NCBI GenBank assembly: GCA_051747965.1
Contig: JBNJGS010000004.1
Coordinates: forward strand, 300-64,299
Direction: 5' to 3'
Source of the DNA: Bacteroidota bacterium
Lineage (GTDB): Bacteria; Bacteroidota; Bacteroidia; Bacteroidales; ML635J-15
Length of the DNA stretch: 64,000 nucleotides
Below, piece by piece: positions 44,126 through 52,986 of this stretch (the first letter of the stretch is position 1; each line of letters starts with the position of its first letter). The position numbers and the translations under genes were made by a program. The notes beneath the pieces were generated by a model. That model saw nothing but the letters and a program-made list of their open reading frames with translations, was not told the origin of the DNA and searched no databases.

Positions 44126-44696
44126 AAATCAATGAATTATAAATATGTAATATTTGAGGTAAAACCTCATCCTTATTGTTGTTACTTATCAAATATGTTG
44201 CCAGATTTTTATGTGTCTCCGGCTTTTTCTGGGATTCTACCCTTTCCATGACAGATGACAGGTCAGCATTATCCCGTTGCATTACCCGCTCAAGCCGTTC
44301 TTTTTCATCTGCAAGCACAAGGATGGTAGCATCCAGTTTTTTGTAAAATCCTGTTTCAAACATAATGGATGCTTCAACAAGTACCAGTGGTGCTGATTGT
44401 CTTGCTGCCCATTGTTCAAAATCTTTGTGTACGGCTGGATGCACAATATTGTTTACTTTCCTGCGTGCATTCTCATCATTAAAAATAATATCAGACATCT
44501 TTTGCTTGTCAAGCCTGCCATCATGATAGACGTTTGTTTGCAATGCCTGGTTTATGGCTTGTTGCATTTCTTCTGAATGCATCAGTCGGCGGGCTTCAGG
44601 ATCTGCATAATAAACAGGTACACCGAGAATTTCAAAAGCTCTTGCTATATTGCTCTTGCCACTACCTATGCCGCCTGCAAGTCCTGCTTTTTTCAT
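44118..44696 (-). CDS. coaE: Dephospho-CoA kinase
   Basis: P-loop [11 protein letters not shown]. 192 aa. Overlaps its neighbours by 8 nt and 4 nt. Confidence 0.85.
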   Translation of the reverse strand: MKKAGLAGGIGSGKSNIARAFEILGVPVYYADPEARRLMHSEEMQQAINQALQTNVYHDGRLDKQKMSDIIFNDENARRKVNNIVHPAVHKDFEQWAARQSAPLVLVEASIMFETGFYKKLDATILVLADEKERLERVMQRDNADLSSVMERVESQKKPETHKNLATYLISNNNKDEVLPQILHIYNSLIYG

Positions 44697-45685
44697 TCCT
44701 TCAATGATTTTTGCCGGATGAATTTTACACTTTCCTGATGCAGCCGAATGTGACTGACATATTCCGGATGTATTACGAGTTCAGGCTGCAGCTTATTGTC
44801 CCTGGCATCCTGGAAATCTGCACGAAGCCGGAAATCATCCTTGCTGATTTGTTTGTATTTGCTCACCGGTACCTGAAACGAGATCTTGATGTCATTTGAA
44901 ATAAGCTCTACATCAATGCTGTCAGGTATATTGATTACTTCTACCGGAACAGAGATTCCTGTTTCAGTGTATTTTTCAATATGGATGCTCAGCTTTACCC
45001 TTTGGGGGTCACAGACTATGTTTTCTGGTATTTCCAGAGGAATATGCCGGTTGATGTCACTGTTGATTTTCCCATAATCCATATTTTTGGTGAAAATGGT
45101 ATCAATTGTATTGACAAGACGGCGTGAACCTGTAATTTCGACAGTGTCAGGTGTCAGAAACGGACCAGAGGTTACCATATACTGCCGGGCCGGCTTGAAA
45201 TGGATGCGGGGGGAAACACATACCTTCTTTGTGATGGTCTTACTGACATATAGATGCAATGTGTCCGGCTTTATCTGGTTAAGATTGAGTTTCCCTTTAA
45301 TGCGTTTATTTACTTCGGAGCGAATACTCCGTGAAGTAATAAAGTAATGATCATCATTGATTTTGCCGGGTACTGTTTTGTCTAAATTGATGATTAGGGG
45401 TGGCTTAGAGTGGTCAAGTTTGTAACTCAGAATATCATATCCGTGACCATGAATTTCAATGTCCAGCCTGGGGTTTTCACTTTTGTCCAGTTCAAGGCCG
45501 GATGGTAGATTTTTAAAAACAACAGGGTAGGTGATGTCGTGTACGTACTCCTTGTTAAGCGCGTTGAGCAGCCACAGAATAGTCGATATAGCCAAAAATA
45601 AACCGAAAACCAGTGTTTTTCGGTTTATTTTGACCTTCATCAGTTTATCAAAAAGTTGCTTAAATCTGTTTTTGTCTTTATCCAA
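44693..45685 (-). CDS. YbbR-like domain-containing protein
   Basis: N-terminal TM anchor followed by repeated beta-rich modules. It occupies the conserved position between yajC and coaE. Confidence 0.65.
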   Translation of the reverse strand: MDKDKNRFKQLFDKLMKVKINRKTLVFGLFLAISTILWLLNALNKEYVHDITYPVVFKNLPSGLELDKSENPRLDIEIHGHGYDILSYKLDHSKPPLIINLDKTVPGKINDDHYFITSRSIRSEVNKRIKGKLNLNQIKPDTLHLYVSKTITKKVCVSPRIHFKPARQYMVTSGPFLTPDTVEITGSRRLVNTIDTIFTKNMDYGKINSDINRHIPLEIPENIVCDPQRVKLSIHIEKYTETGISVPVEVINIPDSIDVELISNDIKISFQVPVSKYKQISKDDFRLRADFQDARDNKLQPELVIHPEYVSHIRLHQESVKFIRQKSLKE

Positions 45686-45693
45686 GCCGAATG

Positions 45694-46017
45694 CTATCTT
45701 GTTTGCTGTACACCAACAGGATTAACCGTGGATTTTTCAACTGATATTATGACGCCATCGGCAATTTCAAGATCAAAAGTGGTTTCTTTTACCGCTTTGA
45801 TTTTACCGTGAATTCCGCCGGCAGTCAATACTTTATCACCTTTATCCAGGCTTTCGCGGAATTTGCGCATTTCTTTCTGGCGCTTCATCTGTGGCCGGAT
45901 CATAAAGAAATAAAATACCACCAGTATGAGTGCCAGAAAAATAAAGCTACTCCATTGTCCACCCTGATCGCCTGTAGCGTTTGGGTCCATCATTAAAATA
46001 ATTCCTAATAAATTCAT
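45694..46017 (-). CDS. yajC: Preprotein translocase subunit YajC
   Basis: FFMIRPQMKRQKE...GDKV.T.GG..G.I. 107 aa. Confidence 0.85.
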   Translation of the reverse strand: MNLLGIILMMDPNATGDQGGQWSSFIFLALILVVFYFFMIRPQMKRQKEMRKFRESLDKGDKVLTAGGIHGKIKAVKETTFDLEIADGVIISVEKSTVNPVGVQQTR

Positions 46018-46032
46018 ATGCTTTGTTTTTTT

Positions 46033-46506
46033 TTATTGTGTTACAATATTACACATTATTCTTAACTCTTGTGTCTTTGGTTGTGTATTCGCGAAAACCT
46101 TAACACTTTTCTTTTGTTCTCCCTGTCTGCCCTGGCTGTCAAATGTCACTTCCACGTAACCGTCCTCACCGGGAGCAATGGGCTTTTTCGTCCACTTTGG
46201 TGCTGTACAGCCACAGGAGGCTTTCACATTGTTGATAATCAACTCAGAACCTCCGACATTTGTGAAAGTAAAGGTGTAGGCCACCTTTTCTCCCTGAATG
46301 ACAGTGCCAAAATTGTACTCTTTGACCGGAAAATCAAATTCAGGCAACTCACTTAGGTCACCATCCTTGTCTGCACTTATTGGATTTTTAACATCCTTTG
46401 TGTCAATTTTGCCATCATTGGAATCGGGTACTTCAGAATTGTTACAACTCAAGGCCAGCAGACCTGCAAGCATCACAATAATCAGAATATGATATTTTGT
46501 ATTCAT
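46033..46506 (-). CDS. DUF1573 domain-containing lipoprotein
   Basis: Lipobox LLALSC. Hallmark FGTVIQGEKV...FTNVGGSELII..V.ASCGCT. Confidence 0.8.
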   Translation of the reverse strand: MNTKYHILIIVMLAGLLALSCNNSEVPDSNDGKIDTKDVKNPISADKDGDLSELPEFDFPVKEYNFGTVIQGEKVAYTFTFTNVGGSELIINNVKASCGCTAPKWTKKPIAPGEDGYVEVTFDSQGRQGEQKKSVKVFANTQPKTQELRIMCNIVTQ

Positions 46507-46577
46507 TGTATTAAATTTTTGTAAAGGTACAATTTTCTTATTGCTGTAAAAAATACACTTGTCAGTTTTTTCTTATC

Positions 46578-47528
46578 CTATACCCCGCCAACAAGACCAC
46601 GACCGGTTTTTTTCACTTTGCCTTCCTTTTTTAAGGCAACAACGATCTGGTCAAGCAATCCGTTAATGAATGCATTGCTTTTAAGGGTACTGTAGAATTT
46701 GCTGATTTCTATATATTCATTGATACTTACCTTTACCGGAACCGCGGGCATATGCATGAACTCAGTGATAGCAAGCTTCATGATGATTTTATCGACAATG
46801 GCAATGCGTTCGATATCCCAGTTCCTGGAATGCTCTTCTATCATTTCTTCATATTCATTGTCATGTATCAGGGCTTTACGCAGTAAATGCTTCCCGAATT
46901 CACGGTCTGCTTCACATGAGTATTCTTTCATGATAAGGAAATTGTCGTTGCCCGGCTTTTTCACCCGCTGAATGGATTTCTCCAGTAAGCTGCAGACAAA
47001 TCCTATATCATCATTCCAGTATAAACCATATTCTTCAATCATCTGATCAAGGGTAGGATCATCCACCAAGAAATAATTGATGATAAAAATGATGATGTTC
47101 TTGTGCTGGTTCAAATTTGGTTTCTCTGTGTTCAGATAGCTGCGAAACTCTTCAGTCTCAGAAATCTTTTCATACAGATCACGAATATACTTTTCATGTT
47201 CATCACGGGGTATGCGAGGGGCCTTTGTTTGCTTCTGAAAGCACTCAGCCTGCCTGATAGCTTCAATGACAGGATTATCTACAAAATTCCTTCTGGGATG
47301 TAAATCTTCATAGGTAGGAAGATTCTTGGCCAGTGCAATTTCTATCTTATGCCCGGCATAATCCGCCAGATAAGTAATGATCGATAAAATTTCATAATAC
47401 AATTCAAGCGTACCATGTACACTTTTGTCCAACTCCTTTGTTGCAGCGTTAAGGTCGCCTTTGCCTTGCTGGACATTGGCGTAATAAACCTGCATTACTT
47501 TTGTTCTTAGTAGTCTTCTGCTAATCAT
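46578..47528 (-). CDS. nusB: Transcription antitermination factor NusB (long Bacteroidota form)
   Basis: N-terminal SRRLLRTKVMQVYYA. C-terminal NusB core with RNWDIERIAIVDKIIMKLAITEF and INEYIEISKFYS. 316 aa. Confidence 0.8.
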   Translation of the reverse strand: MISRRLLRTKVMQVYYANVQQGKGDLNAATKELDKSVHGTLELYYEILSIITYLADYAGHKIEIALAKNLPTYEDLHPRRNFVDNPVIEAIRQAECFQKQTKAPRIPRDEHEKYIRDLYEKISETEEFRSYLNTEKPNLNQHKNIIIFIINYFLVDDPTLDQMIEEYGLYWNDDIGFVCSLLEKSIQRVKKPGNDNFLIMKEYSCEADREFGKHLLRKALIHDNEYEEMIEEHSRNWDIERIAIVDKIIMKLAITEFMHMPAVPVKVSINEYIEISKFYSTLKSNAFINGLLDQIVVALKKEGKVKKTGRGLVGGV

Positions 47529-47598
47529 TATTGAGAACCTTTATGCGAATGCAAAGTAGCGTATTTTTTATTTGTTTTGCAATAATTTTTAAAAAGCT

Positions 47599-47628
47599 TT
47601 TGTTTCAAGAAAAGGTTTTCTATATTTG
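47599..47628 (+). promoter_or_regulatory. Candidate Bacteroidota sigma-A promoter (-33 TTTG, -7 TATATTTG)
   Basis: TTTG at 47599-47602 and an exact TAnnTTTG at 47621-47628, with an 18-nt spacer. The ATG lies 26 nt downstream. Confidence 0.4.
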
Positions 47629-47653
47629 TGGTAGTACCAATTAATACAGCAGG

Positions 47654-48109
47654 ATGGAAGGTAAAGAAAAAAATCGCAACCAAGGAATCTTCGCTCGACC
47701 TGTAAGGGCTGGAAGGCGTACTTACTTCTTTGATGTGAAACAAACAAGAAGCGGAGATCTGTTTTTAACCATTACAGAAAGCAAAAAGATTTTTAAAAAG
47801 AAAGATTCATTTCGGTATGAAAAACACAAAATTTTCCTCTACAAAGAAGATTTTGACAAATTTGCTAAGGCCTTTGAGGATGCAGTAGATTTTGTCCGGG
47901 AACATGTTGATGAATCCCTGGAAAAAGGCGGCCTGGATATGCAGGAAGATCAAAATACTGAGAAAAGTAAAGAAACACCGGATACAGCGGAAAGCAATAA
48001 TCCCGAAGAAAATGATGTGAAAGAACCGGATCAGGAAACTGAAAAATTTACCAATGTCAGTTTCGACGATCTTGACCCTGATGCCGAAAAAGGTGAAGAA
48101 GAAAAGTAA
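47654..48109 (+). CDS. PUR-alpha-like DNA/RNA-binding protein (DUF3276) with acidic tail
   Basis: RAGRRTYFFDVKQTRSGDLFLTITESKK...YEKHKIFLYKEDFDKF, followed by a D/E-rich C-terminus. Confidence 0.7.
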   Translation: MEGKEKNRNQGIFARPVRAGRRTYFFDVKQTRSGDLFLTITESKKIFKKKDSFRYEKHKIFLYKEDFDKFAKAFEDAVDFVREHVDESLEKGGLDMQEDQNTEKSKETPDTAESNNPEENDVKEPDQETEKFTNVSFDDLDPDAEKGEEEK

Positions 48110-48112
48110 GCA

Positions 48113-48586
48113 TCACTGTTTCTGATAAACCAGGCTTACAATGCGGGACAGCCATTGACTATCGGTTTCATCAAAACTATCGTATTTGTCACTGTCAACA
48201 TCCAGCACACCAATAAGCTTGCTTTTATCGTCGAAAAGCGGTACAACAATCTCTGATCTGGAACGTGAATCACAGGCAATATGACCAGGAAACTTTTCTA
48301 CATCGCTGACCACCATTGTCTTTTCCTGACGTATTCCCGCCCAGCAGACACCTGTGTCCTTCTTTAACTCCAGACATGCAAGCGGCCCCTGATACGGCCC
48401 AACCTGTAGTTGTCCGCTGTCATTCAACAGATAAAAACCGGTCCAGAAAAACAATGCCTGCTTGTGGTGCAATACAGCCACTATTGTTGCCATTCTGCTA
48501 ACAGGATTGTCAACAGGAGCAGTCAGATTCTCCAACTGCTCATATATTCTTTCATACCGGTTGATTTTCTTTTCATTTGCTGACAT
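48113..48586 (-). CDS. GAF domain protein, free methionine-(R)-sulfoxide reductase-like (fRMsr/MsrC)
   Basis: TGVCWAG...VSDVEKFPGHIACDSRSRSEIVVPL matches the fRMsr active-site pattern. I prefer the ATG at 48586 (MSANEKK). Confidence 0.7.
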   Translation of the reverse strand: MSANEKKINRYERIYEQLENLTAPVDNPVSRMATIVAVLHHKQALFFWTGFYLLNDSGQLQVGPYQGPLACLELKKDTGVCWAGIRQEKTMVVSDVEKFPGHIACDSRSRSEIVVPLFDDKSKLIGVLDVDSDKYDSFDETDSQWLSRIVSLVYQKQ

Positions 48587-48654
48587 GTTACTTTTTTTTA
48601 TGTTTCTGTAAACAAAAATAAGAGAATTGCTGTTCAATACCTAAACTAAACATT

Positions 48655-49194
48655 ATGAAAGTACTCATTATTTTAACAGCATTTATTATGACATTAAATA
48701 CGGACACTACTGCACAGACTGGTTTTTATGACCTGCAGGCAGAGAATATCAACGGAGAAATTATCAATTTTGATACATTCAAGGGTAAAAAAGTTTTGAT
48801 TGTAAATACCGCATCAAAGTGTGGATTTACCGGACAGTACGAAGGATTGCAGGAACTCCACAAAGAGTATGGGGGGGATGACTTTATGATTGTGGGATTT
48901 CCATCCAACGACTTTATGAATCAGGAACCAGGCAGTGAAGAGGATATCAAAGCCTTTTGTGAAAAAAACTACGGGGTGGAATTTTTAATGATGTCGAAAG
49001 TCAAGGTCAAAGGCAAAGCAAAGCACCCTGTATATGCCTGGCTTACAGACAAGAAGTTGAATAATGCAATGGATTCAAAAGTCAGCTGGAATTTCCAGAA
49101 ATACATGATCAACGAAAACGGTGAGCTAGTGGATGTAGCCAAACCAAAAGTAAGCCCGAAATCTGATAAAATTCTGAATTTTATCAAGTCATAA
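48655..49194 (+). CDS. gpx: Glutathione peroxidase (Cys-type), secreted
   Basis: NTASKCGFTGQYEGLQELH, FPSNDFMNQEP and WNFQKY motifs. The active-site residue is a TGT Cys codon, not TGA. Confidence 0.88.
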   Translation: MKVLIILTAFIMTLNTDTTAQTGFYDLQAENINGEIINFDTFKGKKVLIVNTASKCGFTGQYEGLQELHKEYGGDDFMIVGFPSNDFMNQEPGSEEDIKAFCEKNYGVEFLMMSKVKVKGKAKHPVYAWLTDKKLNNAMDSKVSWNFQKYMINENGELVDVAKPKVSPKSDKILNFIKS

Positions 49195-49418
49195 TTTACA
49201 TATAACAGCAATTTTGACAAAGCACCCTTGTTTTCCGTAATAAGATTTACGGCAGAGCAGGGGTGAGTTGTTTTTGGCATAATGATTTTTCCTGTTCCCT
49301 TTGGCCTGTTTTCTGGCCGACATACCTGTATGCAGTACTTGTGATGTTTGTTAGAAATAAAATTGAATGCTCTGCTTCCACAATACAATTAGTTTTGCTT
49401 ATTTTGTTGGTTGTGAAA

Positions 49419-50531
49419 ATGTATCCCACATATGCCACTCTGCTGATTGTGATCTTGTTGTTATTTGCATGCCAACAGCCTGATGTACATAATCTTGCTG
49501 GTGAAAGCACTGTATCAAACAAATATGCAGATGGTTTTGAGATAGAAAAATCTTCAAGAGGGTATACAATGATTGTGAATCGCCCCTGGCAGCAAGCAGA
49601 GAATGAAGAGTTTATCTATAGTTTAAGCAGGAATCCGGATCAGAATGAAATTGAGATCCCTGTAGAAAAAGTCGTTTGCATGTCAACCACACATATGGCA
49701 TATCTGCATGCTCTGGATCAGGCAGAAAGTGTTGCCGGGCTCAGTGGTACTGACTATCTGTTCAATAAGCACCTGCAACAGGCAGTGAAGCATGGTGAAC
49801 TTGAAGAGGTGGGTTTTTCCGAGAACCTGAATATGGAGAAAATCATCAGCTTAAATCCGGATGTGGTTTTTGCCTATGTAATTCAACCCTCAGAACTGAG
49901 GCCCCTCAGACAGTTGGAAAAACTGGACATTCCGGTTGTGCTTGTTGGTGATTATCTTGAACAGACCCCTCTGGCCAAACTTGAATGGCTGCGGTTTTTT
50001 GCTGCTTTCTATGATCTTATGCCTGAGGCTGACAGCCTGATCAGGACAAAAACCAATAATTACCTTCAACTTAAAAATAAATTGCCTGCTAACAAACCTG
50101 CTCCCAAAGTATTGACCAACATTCCATGGCAAGGTGTGTGGTGGGTGCCTGGTGGCGAATCATATCTGGCAAAACTCATCAGCGATGCGGGCGGACAGTA
50201 CATCTTCGGAGATTTTCCGGGAACCGAAAGTCATGCTGTTGATATTGAAAAAGTTTACCAGCGATCAACGGATGCTGATGTCTGGATAAATACCGGCAAT
50301 GCCAACTCTTATAATGCTGTGTTTGCTGCTGACAGACGGCTGGAGTCATTTCACAAACTCGCGGAGATCCGGATTTTTAATAACAATAAACGAAGCAATG
50401 GCACAGGCAATGATTTCTATGAATCTGCCGTGGTGAACCCCGATTACCTCTTGTCCGACCTTATCAAAATTTTTCATCCGGAAATGCTGGATAATGACAC
50501 ATTGATTTATTACAAAGCTTTGCGTGAATGA
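49419..50531 (+). CDS. ABC transporter substrate-binding lipoprotein (BtuF/FhuD-like, Peripla_BP_2)
   Basis: The ATG at 49419 gives the lipobox LLLFAC. VVCMSTTHMAYLHAL...SLNPDVVFAY. Followed by FecCD-type and FecE-type genes. Confidence 0.8.
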   Translation: MYPTYATLLIVILLLFACQQPDVHNLAGESTVSNKYADGFEIEKSSRGYTMIVNRPWQQAENEEFIYSLSRNPDQNEIEIPVEKVVCMSTTHMAYLHALDQAESVAGLSGTDYLFNKHLQQAVKHGELEEVGFSENLNMEKIISLNPDVVFAYVIQPSELRPLRQLEKLDIPVVLVGDYLEQTPLAKLEWLRFFAAFYDLMPEADSLIRTKTNNYLQLKNKLPANKPAPKVLTNIPWQGVWWVPGGESYLAKLISDAGGQYIFGDFPGTESHAVDIEKVYQRSTDADVWINTGNANSYNAVFAADRRLESFHKLAEIRIFNNNKRSNGTGNDFYESAVVNPDYLLSDLIKIFHPEMLDNDTLIYYKALRE

Positions 50532-51559
50532 AAAGCCGCTTGCGAGCATATTTCCTTATGGCCATTGTGCTGATTGGCAGTCTGATCTTGTTTGTTGCAG
50601 ACTTGCTGACCGGAAGCACTGAAATTGGTTTCTCACGGCTTATGGCCTGGTTTACCGGTACGGCTGACGCGGATGCCGGCTGGTATGCTGCCTTTAGTCT
50701 GTTCCGTCTGCCCAGAGTGTTGACAGCTGTTTTGGCCGGAGCTGCTCTCTCAGTCAGTGGACTACTTATGCAGACCCTGTTTAGAAATCCTCTGGCAGGA
50801 CCTTATATCCTTGGGATTTCTTCCGGTGCCAGTCTTGGTGTGGCTCTGGTTGTACTTGGTGCAGGTGCCGGCGGAGCGATGCTCCCGGGATCTGCAGGAA
50901 GCCTCTGGCTTGTGGTATCCGGTGCCATAGGGGCAGGCCTGGTCATGTTGATCGTTTCTCTGATTTCTATACGTCAAAAAGATATCATGACTTTGTTGAT
51001 ACTTGGAGTGCTGATAGGGGCAGTGATTTCTGCTATTGTTGGCCTTTTGCAATATCTCAGCCAGGCTGCAGACCTTAAACTCTACGTTCTCTGGACAATG
51101 GGCAGCCTCCGGTCTGTTTCTCCGGACGATTTGAAATTGCTGGCTCCGGTTATCCTTGTTGGTCTTTTTGTCTCCTGGCTGATTTCCAAGCATCTGAATA
51201 TCCTTCTGCTGGGTGAAGACAATGCACGTGCCATGGGCACACCTGTGTTGTTAATCCGCTTGTTGATTTTTGTTTGTGTGTCAATTCTGGCAGGCAGCAT
51301 TACTGCATTTTGCGGCCCCATCGGTTTTATTGGAATTGCCGTGCCTCATATTATCCGCAGTATTTTCAAGTGCTCTGACCACCGATGGCTTCTGCCTGCA
51401 AGTATGATAGGAGGAGCTGGTGTGATGCTCTTCTCTGATATACTAAGCAATTTTGGCCCGGGTGATTCAGTGATGCCTATAAATTCGATCACGGCCCTGG
51501 TAGGAATTCCCTTTATTTTCTGGTTGATATTGAGCAAACGCAAAAGCTTTTTTCAGTGA
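50528..51559 (+). CDS. Iron-siderophore/cobalamin-type ABC transporter permease (FecCD family)
   Basis: About 9 TM helices. RLPRVLTAVLAGAALSVSGLLMQ and GPIGFIGIAVPHIIR motifs. The ATGA start overlaps the upstream stop. Confidence 0.85.
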   Translation: MKSRLRAYFLMAIVLIGSLILFVADLLTGSTEIGFSRLMAWFTGTADADAGWYAAFSLFRLPRVLTAVLAGAALSVSGLLMQTLFRNPLAGPYILGISSGASLGVALVVLGAGAGGAMLPGSAGSLWLVVSGAIGAGLVMLIVSLISIRQKDIMTLLILGVLIGAVISAIVGLLQYLSQAADLKLYVLWTMGSLRSVSPDDLKLLAPVILVGLFVSWLISKHLNILLLGEDNARAMGTPVLLIRLLIFVCVSILAGSITAFCGPIGFIGIAVPHIIRSIFKCSDHRWLLPASMIGGAGVMLFSDILSNFGPGDSVMPINSITALVGIPFIFWLILSKRKSFFQ

Positions 51560-52563
51560 AAAACAAAAGAAAAACATACCTGGAAACTGAAAATCTCGGC
51601 ATTGGATACCGGAACAATAAGCTGATCCAAAATATGAATCTGATGGCCGGCAGTGCAGAGGTAATAGGTTTGCTTGGTCCAAATGGAGCTGGAAAAAGTA
51701 CATTGTTGAAATCCCTTATGGGACTCTTGCCTGTTCTGGAGGGAGATATCAGCATCATGGGAGAAAAACCGTCTGCCCTGAGTGCAAGAAAAAAGGCCCG
51801 GCTGGTAAGTTATGTGGCAGCCAATGAAAGCCTTCCGGCCAATTTGCATGTGTACGAACTGGTGGCTTTTGGAAGATATCCATACACGGGCTTGATGAGC
51901 AGACCCGGTCCGGAAGACAGACAACGGCAGAAACTTGCCATGCAGCAAATGCAGGTCATCCATCTGGCCGCAAGACAATTGGGAGAAATCAGCGATGGGG
52001 AGAGACAACGGGCCATGATAGCACGGGCACTGGCACAGGATACTCCTTTGATTATCCTTGACGAACCGGCAGCGCACCTTGACATCAAAAACCGGTATGA
52101 ACTCATGCGCCTTTTACGCAGGCAAGCCGCAACAACCGGCAAATGTATCATCTTTTCATCCCACGATCTGGAAATTGCTATGAATTATACGGATAAGCTC
52201 TGGATGATTGATCAGGGCAAAATAGTTTCCGGTTTGCCTGAAGACCTGGTCTTGCAGGGGGATATTGACAAACTGGTGCCTTCTGATGAAATCCGCTTTG
52301 ACAGAAAAGCCGGAAAATTTATTTTGCCTGTGCAGAAAATAAGGGAAATTTGTGTACAGGGCAATGGCACTGTCTTTCAATGGACTTGTCATGCCCTCAG
52401 GCGATACGGATTTGAAACCGGCTGTAACAAAAGTGCCGATATATACGTTATCATCAAAGAAAATGAGGGACAGCCTCTGTGGGAACTCATTTACCATGAT
52501 GACGTAAAGAGCTGTAACTCACTGGAAAAATTAATTATGACCATTAAAAATATTCATCTATGA
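51556..52563 (+). CDS. ABC transporter ATP-binding protein (FecE/BtuD-like) with ~95-aa C-terminal extension
   Basis: Walker A GPNGAGKST, signature ISDGERQR, Walker B LIILDEP, H-loop SSHD. GTG start overlaps the upstream stop. Confidence 0.85.
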   Translation: MKNKRKTYLETENLGIGYRNNKLIQNMNLMAGSAEVIGLLGPNGAGKSTLLKSLMGLLPVLEGDISIMGEKPSALSARKKARLVSYVAANESLPANLHVYELVAFGRYPYTGLMSRPGPEDRQRQKLAMQQMQVIHLAARQLGEISDGERQRAMIARALAQDTPLIILDEPAAHLDIKNRYELMRLLRRQAATTGKCIIFSSHDLEIAMNYTDKLWMIDQGKIVSGLPEDLVLQGDIDKLVPSDEIRFDRKAGKFILPVQKIREICVQGNGTVFQWTCHALRRYGFETGCNKSADIYVIIKENEGQPLWELIYHDDVKSCNSLEKLIMTIKNIHL

Positions 52564-52790
52564 ACGGATTAAAAAAAGTAACGGCTTACATCCTTGTTTT
52601 TGTGGTGCTTCTGATGACCGTCCTTGCTATTCTCGGCATATGGAATGTGATTGATCTGGAAAACATCCTCAGACGTTCCCTGACATCACTTTTCGTGATT
52701 TTTATTGCATCTGTAATTGTTCTCTTTATCTTTTCAGTATTGATTAAAGATAATAATCCCCAATCAAAAAACAGCAATCAACAGCAATAG
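52560..52790 (+). CDS. Small two-TM membrane protein, translationally coupled to the ABC ATPase
   Basis: ATGA overlap with the upstream stop. Two hydrophobic helices. 76 aa, no family recognised. Confidence 0.5.
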   Translation: MNGLKKVTAYILVFVVLLMTVLAILGIWNVIDLENILRRSLTSLFVIFIASVIVLFIFSVLIKDNNPQSKNSNQQQ

Positions 52791-52986
52791 AAAAATCTGT
52801 ACATATTACTGAGCCTGCCTTATTTGCTCTAATATGGGGGAAAATAGTATGTGCGATAGCTTCAGCATCTTCAGCCATGGTTTTTAGCATCCCGGCTTGA
52901 ACAAAGCATACCGTTTTGTTGTATTAATGGCAGAGATTTGTAAAATTTGCATAGTAGAAGAATCATCATAAATAAAAAATCATATT

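Noticed and set aside
48655-49194. Selenocysteine recoding in glutathione peroxidase or MsrB
   Set aside because: The active-site residues are ordinary Cys codons (TGT in ASKCGF, TGT in RHCVNS). There are no in-frame TGA codons.
49195-49418. Possible cobalamin riboswitch upstream of the BtuF-like ABC importer
   Set aside because: I could not find the conserved B12-box or GCCACTG core, or GGTGAAAATCC-like elements, on either strand. Only short weak hairpins are present. An Rfam RF00174 covariance-model scan would settle the question.
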